A stretch of DNA of 64,000 nucleotides from an uncultured delta proteobacterium (GTDB taxonomy: Bacteria; Myxococcota_A; Polyangia; Fen-1088). A program made the translations under genes and the position numbers. The stretch is from positions 544,001-608,000 of the forward strand of contig CAVYGB010000002.1 of NCBI GenBank assembly GCA_963767925.1, in the 5' to 3' direction. Of this stretch, positions 1 to 8,880 are shown piece after piece (within the stretch, counting starts at the first letter, position 1; the number at the start of each line of letters is the position of its first letter). Below the pieces are notes generated by a model, which worked only from the letters and a program-made list of their open reading frames with translations, was not told the DNA's origin and ran no database searches.

Positions 1-488
1 GAGCCGAGGCCCGCGGGCCGAACACGCTCACCACACACGGACACGAACTCGAACACGCGCTCGCACACGAGCACGACCACGACAGCCGCGGCAGTCATCA
101 GGGTTGGTGGCGGTGCATGCCGGCGAGCCGAGTGAGCATCGCGCACAGCCGGCCGAGCAGAGACATCACCGCTTCGATCTCGGTATCGGGAGCAAGTCCC
201 AGGATTGCAACCGCCTCCAAGGCGGCTGCCGCCTCGGACGCTTCGCCTCTGGCGGTGCGGAACCGTGAGATCCTGTCGGCGCCCGTTCGGCTGGATGCCT
301 CGGCGATGCCCAGGTATGCCGACAACAGCGCGCGCCGAAGCTGGTCCTGCAACAAGCTCAAGACCGGGTGCCTCATCCGCTGGGAACGCAAAGCCGAGAA
401 TTACTTAGCCTTCGTTCGGCTCGCCTGTGCGCTGATTGCCTTCAACGCTGCCTCTCGTGCGTAATTCACAGGTTTCAGCGGCTCACTC
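1..488 (+). mobile_element. IS5-family (IS1031-like) element, internally deleted copy 1; left end lies upstream of the window
   Basis: 1-340 is nearly identical to 25027-25366. 372-488 matches the 3' end of the 39172-39780 copy (transposase C-terminus LIRWERKAENYLAFVRLAC plus right TIR CACAGGTTTCAGCGGCTCACTC), followed by TTA. Confidence 0.85.
98..371 (-). pseudogene. Four-helix-bundle protein (23S rRNA IVS/bAvd-like), N-terminally truncated, IS passenger
   Basis: LQDQLRRALLSAYLGIAEASSR...RFRTARGEASEAAAALE matches the DQLRRA..S...NIAEG / F..ARGS..E pattern of four-helix-bundle proteins. The 5' end is lost at the junction with the transposase fragment. Confidence 0.75.
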
Positions 489-540
489 TTAACACGATCT
501 TGTGGGCTCGGTGGAGGACCCGGTCGACGATGGTGTCGGC
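489..540 (-). pseudogene. Short fragment of an IS21-family IstB ATPase
   Basis: The minus strand reads TADTIVDRVLHRAHKIVL, resembling the IstB A.AILDRL.H.A..I.L motif. Confidence 0.5.
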
Positions 541-637
541 GGTGAGTGTCAAGGTAGTTGCGGCCTGAATCGTCTTCTCTCAATGAGAGCGTGTTTAGAA
601 AGCCCCCGTCGCCAAACGGCGAGGCTCAGGCCAATCA

Positions 638-1160
638 CGGTGAGTGTCAAGGTAGTTGCCGCCATTTTCTGGTCGATTTCTCGGCTGCGTGAATGGGGGC
701 TCCCGCGGCCTCAGGCGGAAGGAGTGGTGCGGGGACCGGGACGTCCCCCCGCCCGGCGTGTGGGGATTCTCGAGGAGTGCTCGGCGCCGTAAAGGCTGCC
801 CTCGCTGCGCTCGGCGGCTACGCGGGTCGGACCCGCTGCGCCGGCCTTGACGGCGCCTGCGCTCTCCCCGTCGCTCCGCCTATGCCGGCCAAGGGGGAGG
901 CTGGGCGGCGGACTCGGTGCTAAAGCATCCGCCGCAGCGGGCGTAGATTTTCGGTGCCCAGACCGAAGCGCGGGGTTCAGCTCGACGACCTCGATGCGGC
1001 CCCAGTTGCGAGTGTCGCCCGTCCAGCGCGCGGGATTGCGTTCGCGGGCGGCGCCGTAGACCTGCTTGCGGTTCTCCAGGATGGCGATTTCGTGGCCGTC
1101 GTGGCGCTGGGCGGGGGTGACGAAGCGGATCCCGCTGTGCTGATGGTCCTCGTTATACCA
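638..1160 (-). mobile_element. IS3-family remnant (transposase C-terminus plus probable right end)
   Basis: WYNEDHQHSGIRFVTPAQRH...YGAARERNPARWTGDTRNW is typical of the C-terminus of one IS3 group. The end motif CGGTGAGTGTCAAGGTAGTTGC at 638-659 is repeated at 540-561. Confidence 0.75.
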
Positions 1161-1288
1161 AGACGGCGGGGGCAAGGGTGGTCGGTCGGACTTCCGTCGC
1201 TCTCGGTCGTTCTCGAGCTGATGATGGAGATCCACGCGCAGCTTGCGCCGGGCGAGGACTTGGAGCGTGAGGTGAGGAGGGAACGTGC

Positions 1289-2683
1289 ATGGCTTGCCAG
1301 GCGGGCGATTCCTGCCTTCCCGCGAACCCCTGCCACGAAGGGACCCTCGATTGCGCTGGAGGTGCCGCTGCGTGCACGGATAGCGGTCGGGTCAAGGCGG
1401 CCGGGAGCCAGTGCGGGGTGAACAAGGTCTGTGGTTCGGCCGGTGAGTGCGTGGCCTGCGTGGCCGGCATGGCCTGCGAGCTTCCACAAGAGCCCTGCAA
1501 GACCGGAAAGATCGAATGCACCACCGGCGCTCCTGCCTGCGTGACTTCCGGCAATGCTCAGAATGGCAAAGCCTGCGGCGACGGTCGCGTCTGTCGCGAT
1601 GGAACCTGCGAGACCTGCGCCGACGGGATGCCCTGCACCCCAGACAACAAGTGCCACACCGGCACGCTCTCCTGCACGAGCGGACGGCCCACCTGCATGG
1701 ACTCCGGGACGAACACCCGGAACGGCACCCAGTGCGGAAACAACCAGTTCTGCAGCAACGGAAGCTGTGTCGCCTGCACGCCGAACATGGCCTGCACGCC
1801 GAACAACAATTCCTGCAAGACCGGCCGCACGTCCTGCGAGACCGGCACGTCCCAGTGCGAGGAGATGGGGAATCAACGAGACGGGGCGGGCTGCGGAGAC
1901 GGCCGCGTCTGCCGGGCCGGGGAGTGCGTGAGCTGCGGAGGGCAAGGACAGCCATGCTGCGGGAGCGCCTGCAACGGCGGGCCGAGTTGCTCGGCTGGCA
2001 ACGTGGTTTCGCCTTTCTGCGACAATGGCACCTGCCGGGAGCGGGTCAGCGATGACTGCGACCCCTGCGAAGATTGCAGCGGCAACCGATGTGTGGCGAA
2101 GCAGTGTGGATCCAATTCAGTCTGTCGGGGTGGATCGTGCGTGGGTTGCGGCGGACAGAGTCAGCCCTGTTGCCCGAGCGGTTCGAACGGCGGTTGCGTA
2201 GGCAACCCCGCCTGCTCCGGCAGCAGCGTGGTCGCACCGTTCTGCGACAACGGTACTTGTCGCGAGCGAGACAGCCAACGATGCGGCTCTTGCGACGATT
2301 GTATCGGCAACCGTTGCGTGCCAAAAAACTGCGGATCCGGCCAGTGTAGAGAGGGAAGGTGTGTGGAGGTCGTCGACAATGGCAGGAGTTGCGGGGCGAA
2401 TGCCGTCTGCAAACCAGGGTCGAGCTGCAGGAACGGCCTCTGCTGTACCAACGGCACCAAGTGCCTCGGAACCGGCGCCTTGTGCATCGCCGACACCGCA
2501 GTCGCACCCTACCGGGCCAGGGACTGCGCCAGCGGACTATGCGACGTCAGCGTCGGCGGGGTTGGCGCGGTCTGCGTCGGAGGGTCCAACAATGGCGGAG
2601 GATGCATCGGCCCTCCAGAGGACCCCGAGCAGTGTGGGATGCCTGGCACGTGCCGCTGGACTGGTTCCTGCGCGGCGCCGTGA
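1289..2683 (+). CDS. Cysteine-rich repeat protein (myxobacterial type), probably N-terminally truncated
   Basis: 464 aa ORF with very high Cys content and internal repeats (e.g. PFCDNGTCRER twice). It has no signal peptide and lies just downstream of the IS3 remnant. Confidence 0.75.
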   Translation: MACQAGDSCLPANPCHEGTLDCAGGAAACTDSGRVKAAGSQCGVNKVCGSAGECVACVAGMACELPQEPCKTGKIECTTGAPACVTSGNAQNGKACGDGRVCRDGTCETCADGMPCTPDNKCHTGTLSCTSGRPTCMDSGTNTRNGTQCGNNQFCSNGSCVACTPNMACTPNNNSCKTGRTSCETGTSQCEEMGNQRDGAGCGDGRVCRAGECVSCGGQGQPCCGSACNGGPSCSAGNVVSPFCDNGTCRERVSDDCDPCEDCSGNRCVAKQCGSNSVCRGGSCVGCGGQSQPCCPSGSNGGCVGNPACSGSSVVAPFCDNGTCRERDSQRCGSCDDCIGNRCVPKNCGSGQCREGRCVEVVDNGRSCGANAVCKPGSSCRNGLCCTNGTKCLGTGALCIADTAVAPYRARDCASGLCDVSVGGVGAVCVGGSNNGGGCIGPPEDPEQCGMPGTCRWTGSCAAP

Positions 2684-2819
2684 CCCGTCCCCGCACGAGC
2701 CGCGGAAGTTTGCAGTCCCGATCCATGCAGCAGCAGCCAAGGCTTCAGGGCGCCCCCGAACACGTGTCGGGCTAGTTTAGTCTAGCTAGTCTTAGTCTAG
2801 CCGGACCGCACCGGAGGGC

Positions 2820-2847
2820 GCCGGCCCCGCAAGGGCGGGGCTCGGCA
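2820..2847. terminator. GC-rich hairpin between convergent genes
   Basis: GCCCCGC-AAGG-GCGGGGC stem-loop between the stops at 2683 (+) and 2869 (-). Confidence 0.5.
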
Positions 2848-2868
2848 CCTTACGGTGTCGCGGGACGT

Positions 2869-4029
2869 CTACTGCACGTCGCGGTGCCAGGGCACTTCGA
2901 GGCCCTCGACGTCGTTCATCACGCGGAGGATGCCTCGGCCGTTTCCGGCAATATACATGTCGGAGCATCGGAGCGCGCCGGCGCCAAACTCGATGTTCGC
3001 ACCGGGAACCTCGGCACCGATTCGGAGACGTGTCACCTGCTTCTGCGGGGTGATCTTGAACAGACCGTTTGCGGTGACGTACATGTTGCCCATCTTGTCG
3101 AACGCGATGCCGTCCGCGTTCCCGGACCCCATTCCGACCGCCATGAACATCTCCTGCGCGGTCGCGACGCCATTCGCAAGCCTGAGCTGCGTCACGGTTG
3201 CCTGGGTGTACGAGAGCACGTAGAGGTTCTTGTCCGGACCAAAGGCCAGGCCGTTTGGCTGCGTGATGGCAGCCATGTTGACCTTCTGGAGCATCTTCGT
3301 ATTCAGGTCGAACCGCCATACGTTGTTCGTGTTCTGGGTCGAGAAGTAGACCGCGTCGTCTTCACCGAGGATCACGCCATTGATCCCAGCTTCGACCGCA
3401 GTCAGGGTGGCCACCGTGGGCGGTGTCTTCGTCAGATCGACGGCGATCAGCGCGTTCCCGGTCCGGCGTCCGCCATAGATCGCCTTGCGCTTGGGGTCGT
3501 ACGTAATGCCGAGCACCGTGGCTCCGATGTCCACGAAGTTGGCTTCCGGCGCCGCCGTATAGGGCGGACGGTGCCGGCCCAGGAACGGCGTGTTGCCGCC
3601 TGAATAAGGCGCCGTCCAGTAGATCGTTCCATCCGGCGCGATGGTGAGACCTTCGGCGGTCGGGATACCCATGAAGCTCGCCTCGCTCATCCCGCACTTG
3701 ACGGCCGCCGCGGCCCCACCGGTATCCCCACTGCTCCCGCCATCAGACGGGCGGCCGGAGTCGGGGGTGCGGCCGGTGTCGGGGGTGCGGCCGCTGTCGG
3801 GGCCGCGCGCGTCGGGGGCGCGGCCACCGGAGCCGCCCGAGCCGGCGCTGCCGCCGGTGCCGGCCGAGCCACCGGTGCCGGCGCTACCGCCGGTGCCGCT
3901 GCTGCCGCCGCGGCCGCCGGTGGCGGAGCCGCCGGTTCCGCCGGTGCCGCCGCCGGGGTCGGGGTCGCTGGAGCAGGCACCGAGGGCGAAGGTCAGGGCG
4001 AGGCAGGTTCGGACCAGAATCGGCTTCAT
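2869..4029 (-). CDS. SMP-30/gluconolactonase-like beta-propeller lipoprotein
   Basis: Lipobox LGAC, Gly/Pro linker, propeller motifs PNGLAFGPD, ADGIAFDKMGNMYV and ANIEFG. RBS GGAGAG precedes the ATG at 4029. Confidence 0.8.
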   Translation of the reverse strand: MKPILVRTCLALTFALGACSSDPDPGGGTGGTGGSATGGRGGSSGTGGSAGTGGSAGTGGSAGSGGSGGRAPDARGPDSGRTPDTGRTPDSGRPSDGGSSGDTGGAAAAVKCGMSEASFMGIPTAEGLTIAPDGTIYWTAPYSGGNTPFLGRHRPPYTAAPEANFVDIGATVLGITYDPKRKAIYGGRRTGNALIAVDLTKTPPTVATLTAVEAGINGVILGEDDAVYFSTQNTNNVWRFDLNTKMLQKVNMAAITQPNGLAFGPDKNLYVLSYTQATVTQLRLANGVATAQEMFMAVGMGSGNADGIAFDKMGNMYVTANGLFKITPQKQVTRLRIGAEVPGANIEFGAGALRCSDMYIAGNGRGILRVMNDVEGLEVPWHRDVQ

Positions 4030-4257
4030 GTCACTCTCCGGGCAAAGGGGGTTCGCTGCGGTACCGGCCGGCGCAACACCCCTTCTCACCGCACCACAAA
4101 GAGCCGACGGCTGGTGTGTGAGCATGTGCCTCCGGGTGGGGCCAAAGTCAACCCGGGCACGGCTCCTGAGCGGGAGAAACCGTTTTCACGAACCGGGCGG
4201 ATCTCCTGCGCAGGGAGGTTTCGGGCCATGCGGCCCGGCGTTATCGTGGCGGCGGTG

Positions 4258-5091
4258 ATGACGCCCGCTTCGCCTGGCGCCGGGATGCCGCGGACGTTGC
4301 CCGCGGGGCACCGGCGCTTCCTCGACAACCTCGTGCGCGTGCTGCCCGAGGACGCGCGGATCGTGGGGATCGCGATCGGGGGGTCGTTCCTGTCCGATTC
4401 GATGGACGCCTTCAGCGATCTCGATCTCGTCATCGCGGTCGAGCCGGCCGACTACGCGGGGGTGCAAGCGGCGCGGCCGGCCATCGCGGCCTCGCTGGGC
4501 AACCTGCTGGCGGCGTTCACCGGCGAGCACGTGGGCGAGCCGCGGTTGCTGATCTGCCTCTATGGCGAGCCGCTGCTGCACGTCGATCTGAAGTTCGTGG
4601 CGCTCGACGACCTCGCCGCGCGGATCGAAGATCCCTTCGTGCTGTGGGAGCGGCAGGGGCGGGTCAGCGCCGTGCTGGCTCGGACGCAAGCCCGGTATCC
4701 GCGGCCCGACCGGCAGTGGATCGAGGACCGGTTCTGGACCTGGGTCCACTACGGGGCGGCCAAGATCGGGCGGGGTGAGCTGCTGGAGACGGTCGACTTC
4801 CTGGGCGGCCTGCGGGGGCAGGTGCTGGCTCCCCTCGGCGCCGAGCGCGCTGGCCGCCGGCCCGGCGGCGTGCGGCGTATCGAGGCCGCCCTGCCCGACC
4901 TGGCGGTCGAGCTGCGAGCGACGCTCGCCGGCGCGACCACCGGCGATTGCCTGCGCGCGCTGCGGGCGTGCGTGGAGCTCTATCGATCCTTGCGCGCGGC
5001 GGGCCCGGCCATCACGGAGCGGACGGTTGCCGAGCGGGCGGCGGTTGAGTATCTAGACGAGATTGCGCAGGGCGCGCCCGCGGGATCCTGA
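4258..5091 (+). CDS. Pol-beta-superfamily nucleotidyltransferase domain protein
   Basis: GGSF...DAFSDLDL motif plus downstream HVDLKF and a helical C-terminal domain. The start codon is uncertain. Confidence 0.75.
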   Translation: MTPASPGAGMPRTLPAGHRRFLDNLVRVLPEDARIVGIAIGGSFLSDSMDAFSDLDLVIAVEPADYAGVQAARPAIAASLGNLLAAFTGEHVGEPRLLICLYGEPLLHVDLKFVALDDLAARIEDPFVLWERQGRVSAVLARTQARYPRPDRQWIEDRFWTWVHYGAAKIGRGELLETVDFLGGLRGQVLAPLGAERAGRRPGGVRRIEAALPDLAVELRATLAGATTGDCLRALRACVELYRSLRAAGPAITERTVAERAAVEYLDEIAQGAPAGS

Positions 5092-5195
5092 CCGCGGCAT
5101 TCGACCATTCGGAGTGTCTGCGCGCGGGAGGGCGCCCGAACAGGCAACCGCCCTCCCCCTGCCCTCTCCTCACGGCAGACCGCGGGGAGAGGGTT

Positions 5196-5270
5196 CTGCT
5201 GGCTGCTGGCTGCTGGCTGCTGGCTGCTGGCCCCTGGTTCCTGCCTGTTTGTTGGCTGTTGGCTGCTGGC
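5196..5270. repeat. Heptamer tandem repeat (CTGCTGG)n
   Basis: Five perfect CTGCTGG units at 5196-5230, followed by degenerate units to 5270. Confidence 0.9.
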
Positions 5271-5575
5271 GCAATCGAGTGGGAGGAGGTAGGCAAAAGT
5301 GGGAAAAAGCGCGAATTTTGCCGGGGTTTTTGAGAGCGGGAGATGTCGTTCGGGGTGGCGGGGAGGGATGAAGCGAGTAAGGTTTGCCCCGTTCGAGCCG
5401 ATGTAATCCGGGGCAAAGCTGAGGGCCGAAGGGCCTGATCCGCTGGACGCGAGGTGCTCGCGGTCCGGTGTGACGAGGTGGGGTGCTGGGATCTCCGGCG
5501 GACGTTGAATGGATCCGTGTGCGCGCCGGGGCAGCTCGTGCCCGGCGTGTGCGGCGGACGCGGCGAGGAGGTCCC

Positions 5576-7279
5576 ATGTTCGGGCAGGTCACACGCAACA
5601 CTTCTTTGTCCATGCTGCTGGTTTGCGCGGCGGGCGCGGGCGGATGCAGCGGGGAGATCGTCGGCGGCCCGGGCGGCCCCGGCGCGGGCGCCGGGGGTGG
5701 TGGTGGCGGCTCTGGCGGGGCGCCGGGGGCCAGCGTGCCGCCGCCGCCCGCGGGCGACGATCGCGTCTTCTTCGCCAGCGCCGTGCGCCGCCTGACCAAG
5801 GGCGAGCTGCGCGGCACCCTCTCGGAGCTGCTGGGCCTCGACCTCGGCGCCGAGCTGAGCAAGTTCCCCGAGGACTTCTCGGAGGCGGGCGACGTGTTCG
5901 CCTTCGACAACAACTACGCCCACCAGGAGCCGTCGGCCAGCTTGGTAGAGGCGGCCCGCAACCTGGCCGACGTGGCCGGCGCGCGCGTGCTGTCCGACGC
6001 GGCCCTGCGCGGGCGCCTCGTCTCCTGCACGCCGAGCGGTCCGGGCGACGCCGACTGCCTGCGCAGCTTCGTGAGCGGCTTCGGGCGGCGGGTGCTGCGG
6101 CGGCCGCTGACCGACGTCGAGGTCGACGGCTACGTCGCCAGGACGCGCCCGGCGGCGATGGAGGCTGGCGACTTTCACCGGGCGGTCAGCCTGGTGGTGC
6201 GCGCGCTGCTGCAGGACGTGGAGTTCCTGTACCGGGCCGAGGTGGGCGTGCCGGTACAGGGGGTGGACGGCCTGCACAAGCTGACCGGCCCCGAGGTGGC
6301 GTCGCGCCTCTCCTTCTTCTTGTGGGGCACCGGCCCCGACGACGGACTGCTCGACGCCGCCGCCAGCGGGGACCGGCTGCAGAGCCCTGCCGCCATCCGC
6401 ACCGCCGCCGAGACCATGCTGGCCGACCCGCGCACCCGCCGGGGCGTCGCCCGCTTCCACGGCCTGTGGCTCGGTTTCGAGCGGCAGCCGCCGCCGGCGC
6501 TGGCCGGCGCCATGCTGGAGGAGACCCGCCGCCTCATCGACAAGATCGTCTTCGAGGACAAGCGCCCCTGGCTGGATCTGTTCCGGGCCAGGGAGACCTA
6601 CCTCGACAGCGCCCTGGCCGCCCACTACGGCCTGCCCGCCCCCGCGGGCGGCGCCGGCTGGGTAGCCTACGGCGACTCGGGCCGCCAGGGCATCCTCGCG
6701 CACGGCACCTTCCTCGGCGTCGAGCGCAAGCACGAGGACACCAGCCCCACCATGCGCGGGGCCTTCGTGCGCACCCGCCTGCTGTGCCAGGTGGTGCCCC
6801 CTCCCCCGCCCGAGCTGATGGTCGACATCGACGCCGTGCCCACCGAAGGCGCCTGCAAGAGCGACCGCTACAGCATGTGGAAGAAGGACGGCTGCCGGGG
6901 TTGCCACGTGCTGATGGACCCCATCGGGCACGGGCTCGAGACCTTCGATCGCACGGGCCGGCGGCGCACCCTCGCGCCGTCCGACGCGGGCAAGGCCGGC
7001 TGCGCGCTCGAGGGGCGCGGGGAGCTGGCGAGCGGCAGCGAGAGCGCCCCCTTCACGGGGGTGGCGGGGCTGAGCGATCGGCTGGTCGACTCGGGCACGC
7101 TGGAGCGCTGCCTGACCACCCAGCTCGCCAGCTACCTGCTGGGCCGCGCCCCCCGCGGCGATGAGGTGGCGCTGTTCGAGCGGGTGGCGGGGCGCTTTGC
7201 CGCCGGCGAGCACCGCTTCGATCGGATGTTGCTCGACATCGTGAGCTTGCCCGGCTTCGGCTACCGGATGGCCGAGTGA
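5576..7279 (+). CDS. DUF1592/DUF1588-family lipoprotein with a CxxCH motif
   Basis: RRLTKGE, EVASRLSFFLWGTGPDD, TSPTMRGAFVR, CRGCHVLMDPIGHGLETFD. RBS GAGGAGG. Confidence 0.85.
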   Translation: MFGQVTRNTSLSMLLVCAAGAGGCSGEIVGGPGGPGAGAGGGGGGSGGAPGASVPPPPAGDDRVFFASAVRRLTKGELRGTLSELLGLDLGAELSKFPEDFSEAGDVFAFDNNYAHQEPSASLVEAARNLADVAGARVLSDAALRGRLVSCTPSGPGDADCLRSFVSGFGRRVLRRPLTDVEVDGYVARTRPAAMEAGDFHRAVSLVVRALLQDVEFLYRAEVGVPVQGVDGLHKLTGPEVASRLSFFLWGTGPDDGLLDAAASGDRLQSPAAIRTAAETMLADPRTRRGVARFHGLWLGFERQPPPALAGAMLEETRRLIDKIVFEDKRPWLDLFRARETYLDSALAAHYGLPAPAGGAGWVAYGDSGRQGILAHGTFLGVERKHEDTSPTMRGAFVRTRLLCQVVPPPPPELMVDIDAVPTEGACKSDRYSMWKKDGCRGCHVLMDPIGHGLETFDRTGRRRTLAPSDAGKAGCALEGRGELASGSESAPFTGVAGLSDRLVDSGTLERCLTTQLASYLLGRAPRGDEVALFERVAGRFAAGEHRFDRMLLDIVSLPGFGYRMAE

Positions 7280-7290
7280 GGAGGCGGACC

Positions 7291-8766
7291 ATGAAGAACA
7301 ACCGGCTCGATCGACGAACCTTCCTCCGGGGCGCGGGCGGCGTGGGCATCGCCCTGCCCTTCCTGGAGGCCATGTCCCCCCGGGCGGCCTTCGCCCAGAG
7401 CGCCCCCCGGCGCTACGTCGTCTGCTTCGCCGGCATGTCGCTGGGGCGGGACAACGCCGGCCGCCTCGAGGACATCGTCCCCGACGGCGCGGGCGCCTCC
7501 TTCACCCTGCGCCCGCCGATGCTGCCGCTCCTGCCCTACAAGGACGACATCGTCATCGTCAGCGGGCTGCGCATCCCAATCGGCGGACCGGGCGGGCGCC
7601 TGGGCGGCTTTCACAAGAGCAGCATCAGCCCGCTGCTGTCGGGCGTGTTGCCGCCCGACATCGGGCCCAACTGCCACGGTCCCACCTCGGATCAGATCGT
7701 CGCGAATGATCCGGCCTTCAAGGGGAAATCGCGCCTGCCCTTCCTCACCCTCCGGGCGCAGGCCGAGGCCTACCGGGGCGGGGGCAACGTGGGGGTTGTC
7801 TCCTGGCGCGGGCGGGGCAGCAAGAACGACCCCACCGTGAGCCCGGCCCTCGCCTTCAACAACCTGTTCGCCGGGTTCACCCCGCCGCCCGCGGGCAGCG
7901 GCGGCCCCGATCCGGTCGAGGTGGCCGCCGCCGAGCGGCTGCGCCGCGAGCAGATCAGCGTGCTCGACCTGGTCCGCAGCAGCGCCGATCGCCTGAAGGC
8001 CCGCCTGGGCCGGGCCGATCAGACCCGGCTCGACCGGCACTTCGAGGAGATCCGCGCGCTGGAGCAGCGCCTGAGCGCCATCCCCGGCGGCCCGGCCCCT
8101 GGCACGCCCGGCACCCCGGCCCCGGGCACCGGCTGCGCGGCGCCCGGCAGCCCCGGCGCCGATCCGCGCATCGAGACCGGGGAGGCCGAAGGCTCGGGCG
8201 AGATCGGCTACGCCGGCGAGGAGGAGCGGGCCCAGGTGCTGACCGGGCTGCTCGCCAAGGCGTTCGCCTGCGACCTCACCCGGGTGGCGACCCTGCAATA
8301 CACCTGCGTCCAGTGTTTCATGAACGTGGAGAAGCTGGTGGGCGTCCGCATGGACCTGCACGAGCTGGCCCACCTCTCGACCATCCAGGGCGGCAAGGAC
8401 GTCGCCCAGCAGAAGGTGATGGAGATGTACGGCTGGCACATGAAACACTTCGCCAGCCTGATCGGGCAGCTCGAGGCCGAGATCGGCCCCGACGGGCGGC
8501 CGGTGCTCGACAACACCGTGCTGGTGTTCGTCAATGAAGGCGGGCTGGGGCCCGCCGAGGGCAAGAACCCCGCCTCGCACTCCACCGACAACATGATGGT
8601 GGTGCTGGCCGGCGGAAAGAACCTCGGCATCCAGGGCGGCCGCCACCACCGCGCGGGCAACGAGCACCCGGCCAAGGTGCTCACCGCCGCCATGAACGCC
8701 GTCGGGGTGGCCGCTCCCGGGCTCGGCGAGGTACAGGGTCGCCTCGAGGCGATCTTCACCGGCTGA
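7291..8766 (+). CDS. DUF1552-family protein with a Tat-like N-terminus
   Basis: LDRRTFLRGAGGVGIALPFLEAM, TSDQIVA, AFACDLTRVATL. Canonical partner directly downstream of DUF1592. Confidence 0.85.
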   Translation: MKNNRLDRRTFLRGAGGVGIALPFLEAMSPRAAFAQSAPRRYVVCFAGMSLGRDNAGRLEDIVPDGAGASFTLRPPMLPLLPYKDDIVIVSGLRIPIGGPGGRLGGFHKSSISPLLSGVLPPDIGPNCHGPTSDQIVANDPAFKGKSRLPFLTLRAQAEAYRGGGNVGVVSWRGRGSKNDPTVSPALAFNNLFAGFTPPPAGSGGPDPVEVAAAERLRREQISVLDLVRSSADRLKARLGRADQTRLDRHFEEIRALEQRLSAIPGGPAPGTPGTPAPGTGCAAPGSPGADPRIETGEAEGSGEIGYAGEEERAQVLTGLLAKAFACDLTRVATLQYTCVQCFMNVEKLVGVRMDLHELAHLSTIQGGKDVAQQKVMEMYGWHMKHFASLIGQLEAEIGPDGRPVLDNTVLVFVNEGGLGPAEGKNPASHSTDNMMVVLAGGKNLGIQGGRHHRAGNEHPAKVLTAAMNAVGVAAPGLGEVQGRLEAIFTG

Positions 8767-8880
8767 GCAGCGCCCCACCGCGCCGACCGCCGCGTGCGCC
8801 CCGGCGCGCGAGGGCCTGCCCTCTGTGTGCTAGGCTCGCGCGCGATCGGGGTCCTGCGACACACGCGAAAGGAGACCGCC

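Noticed and set aside
98..371. Diversity-generating retroelement suggested by the Avd-like four-helix-bundle gene
   Set aside because: No reverse transcriptase in the window, and the repeat pairs do not show adenine-specific differences.
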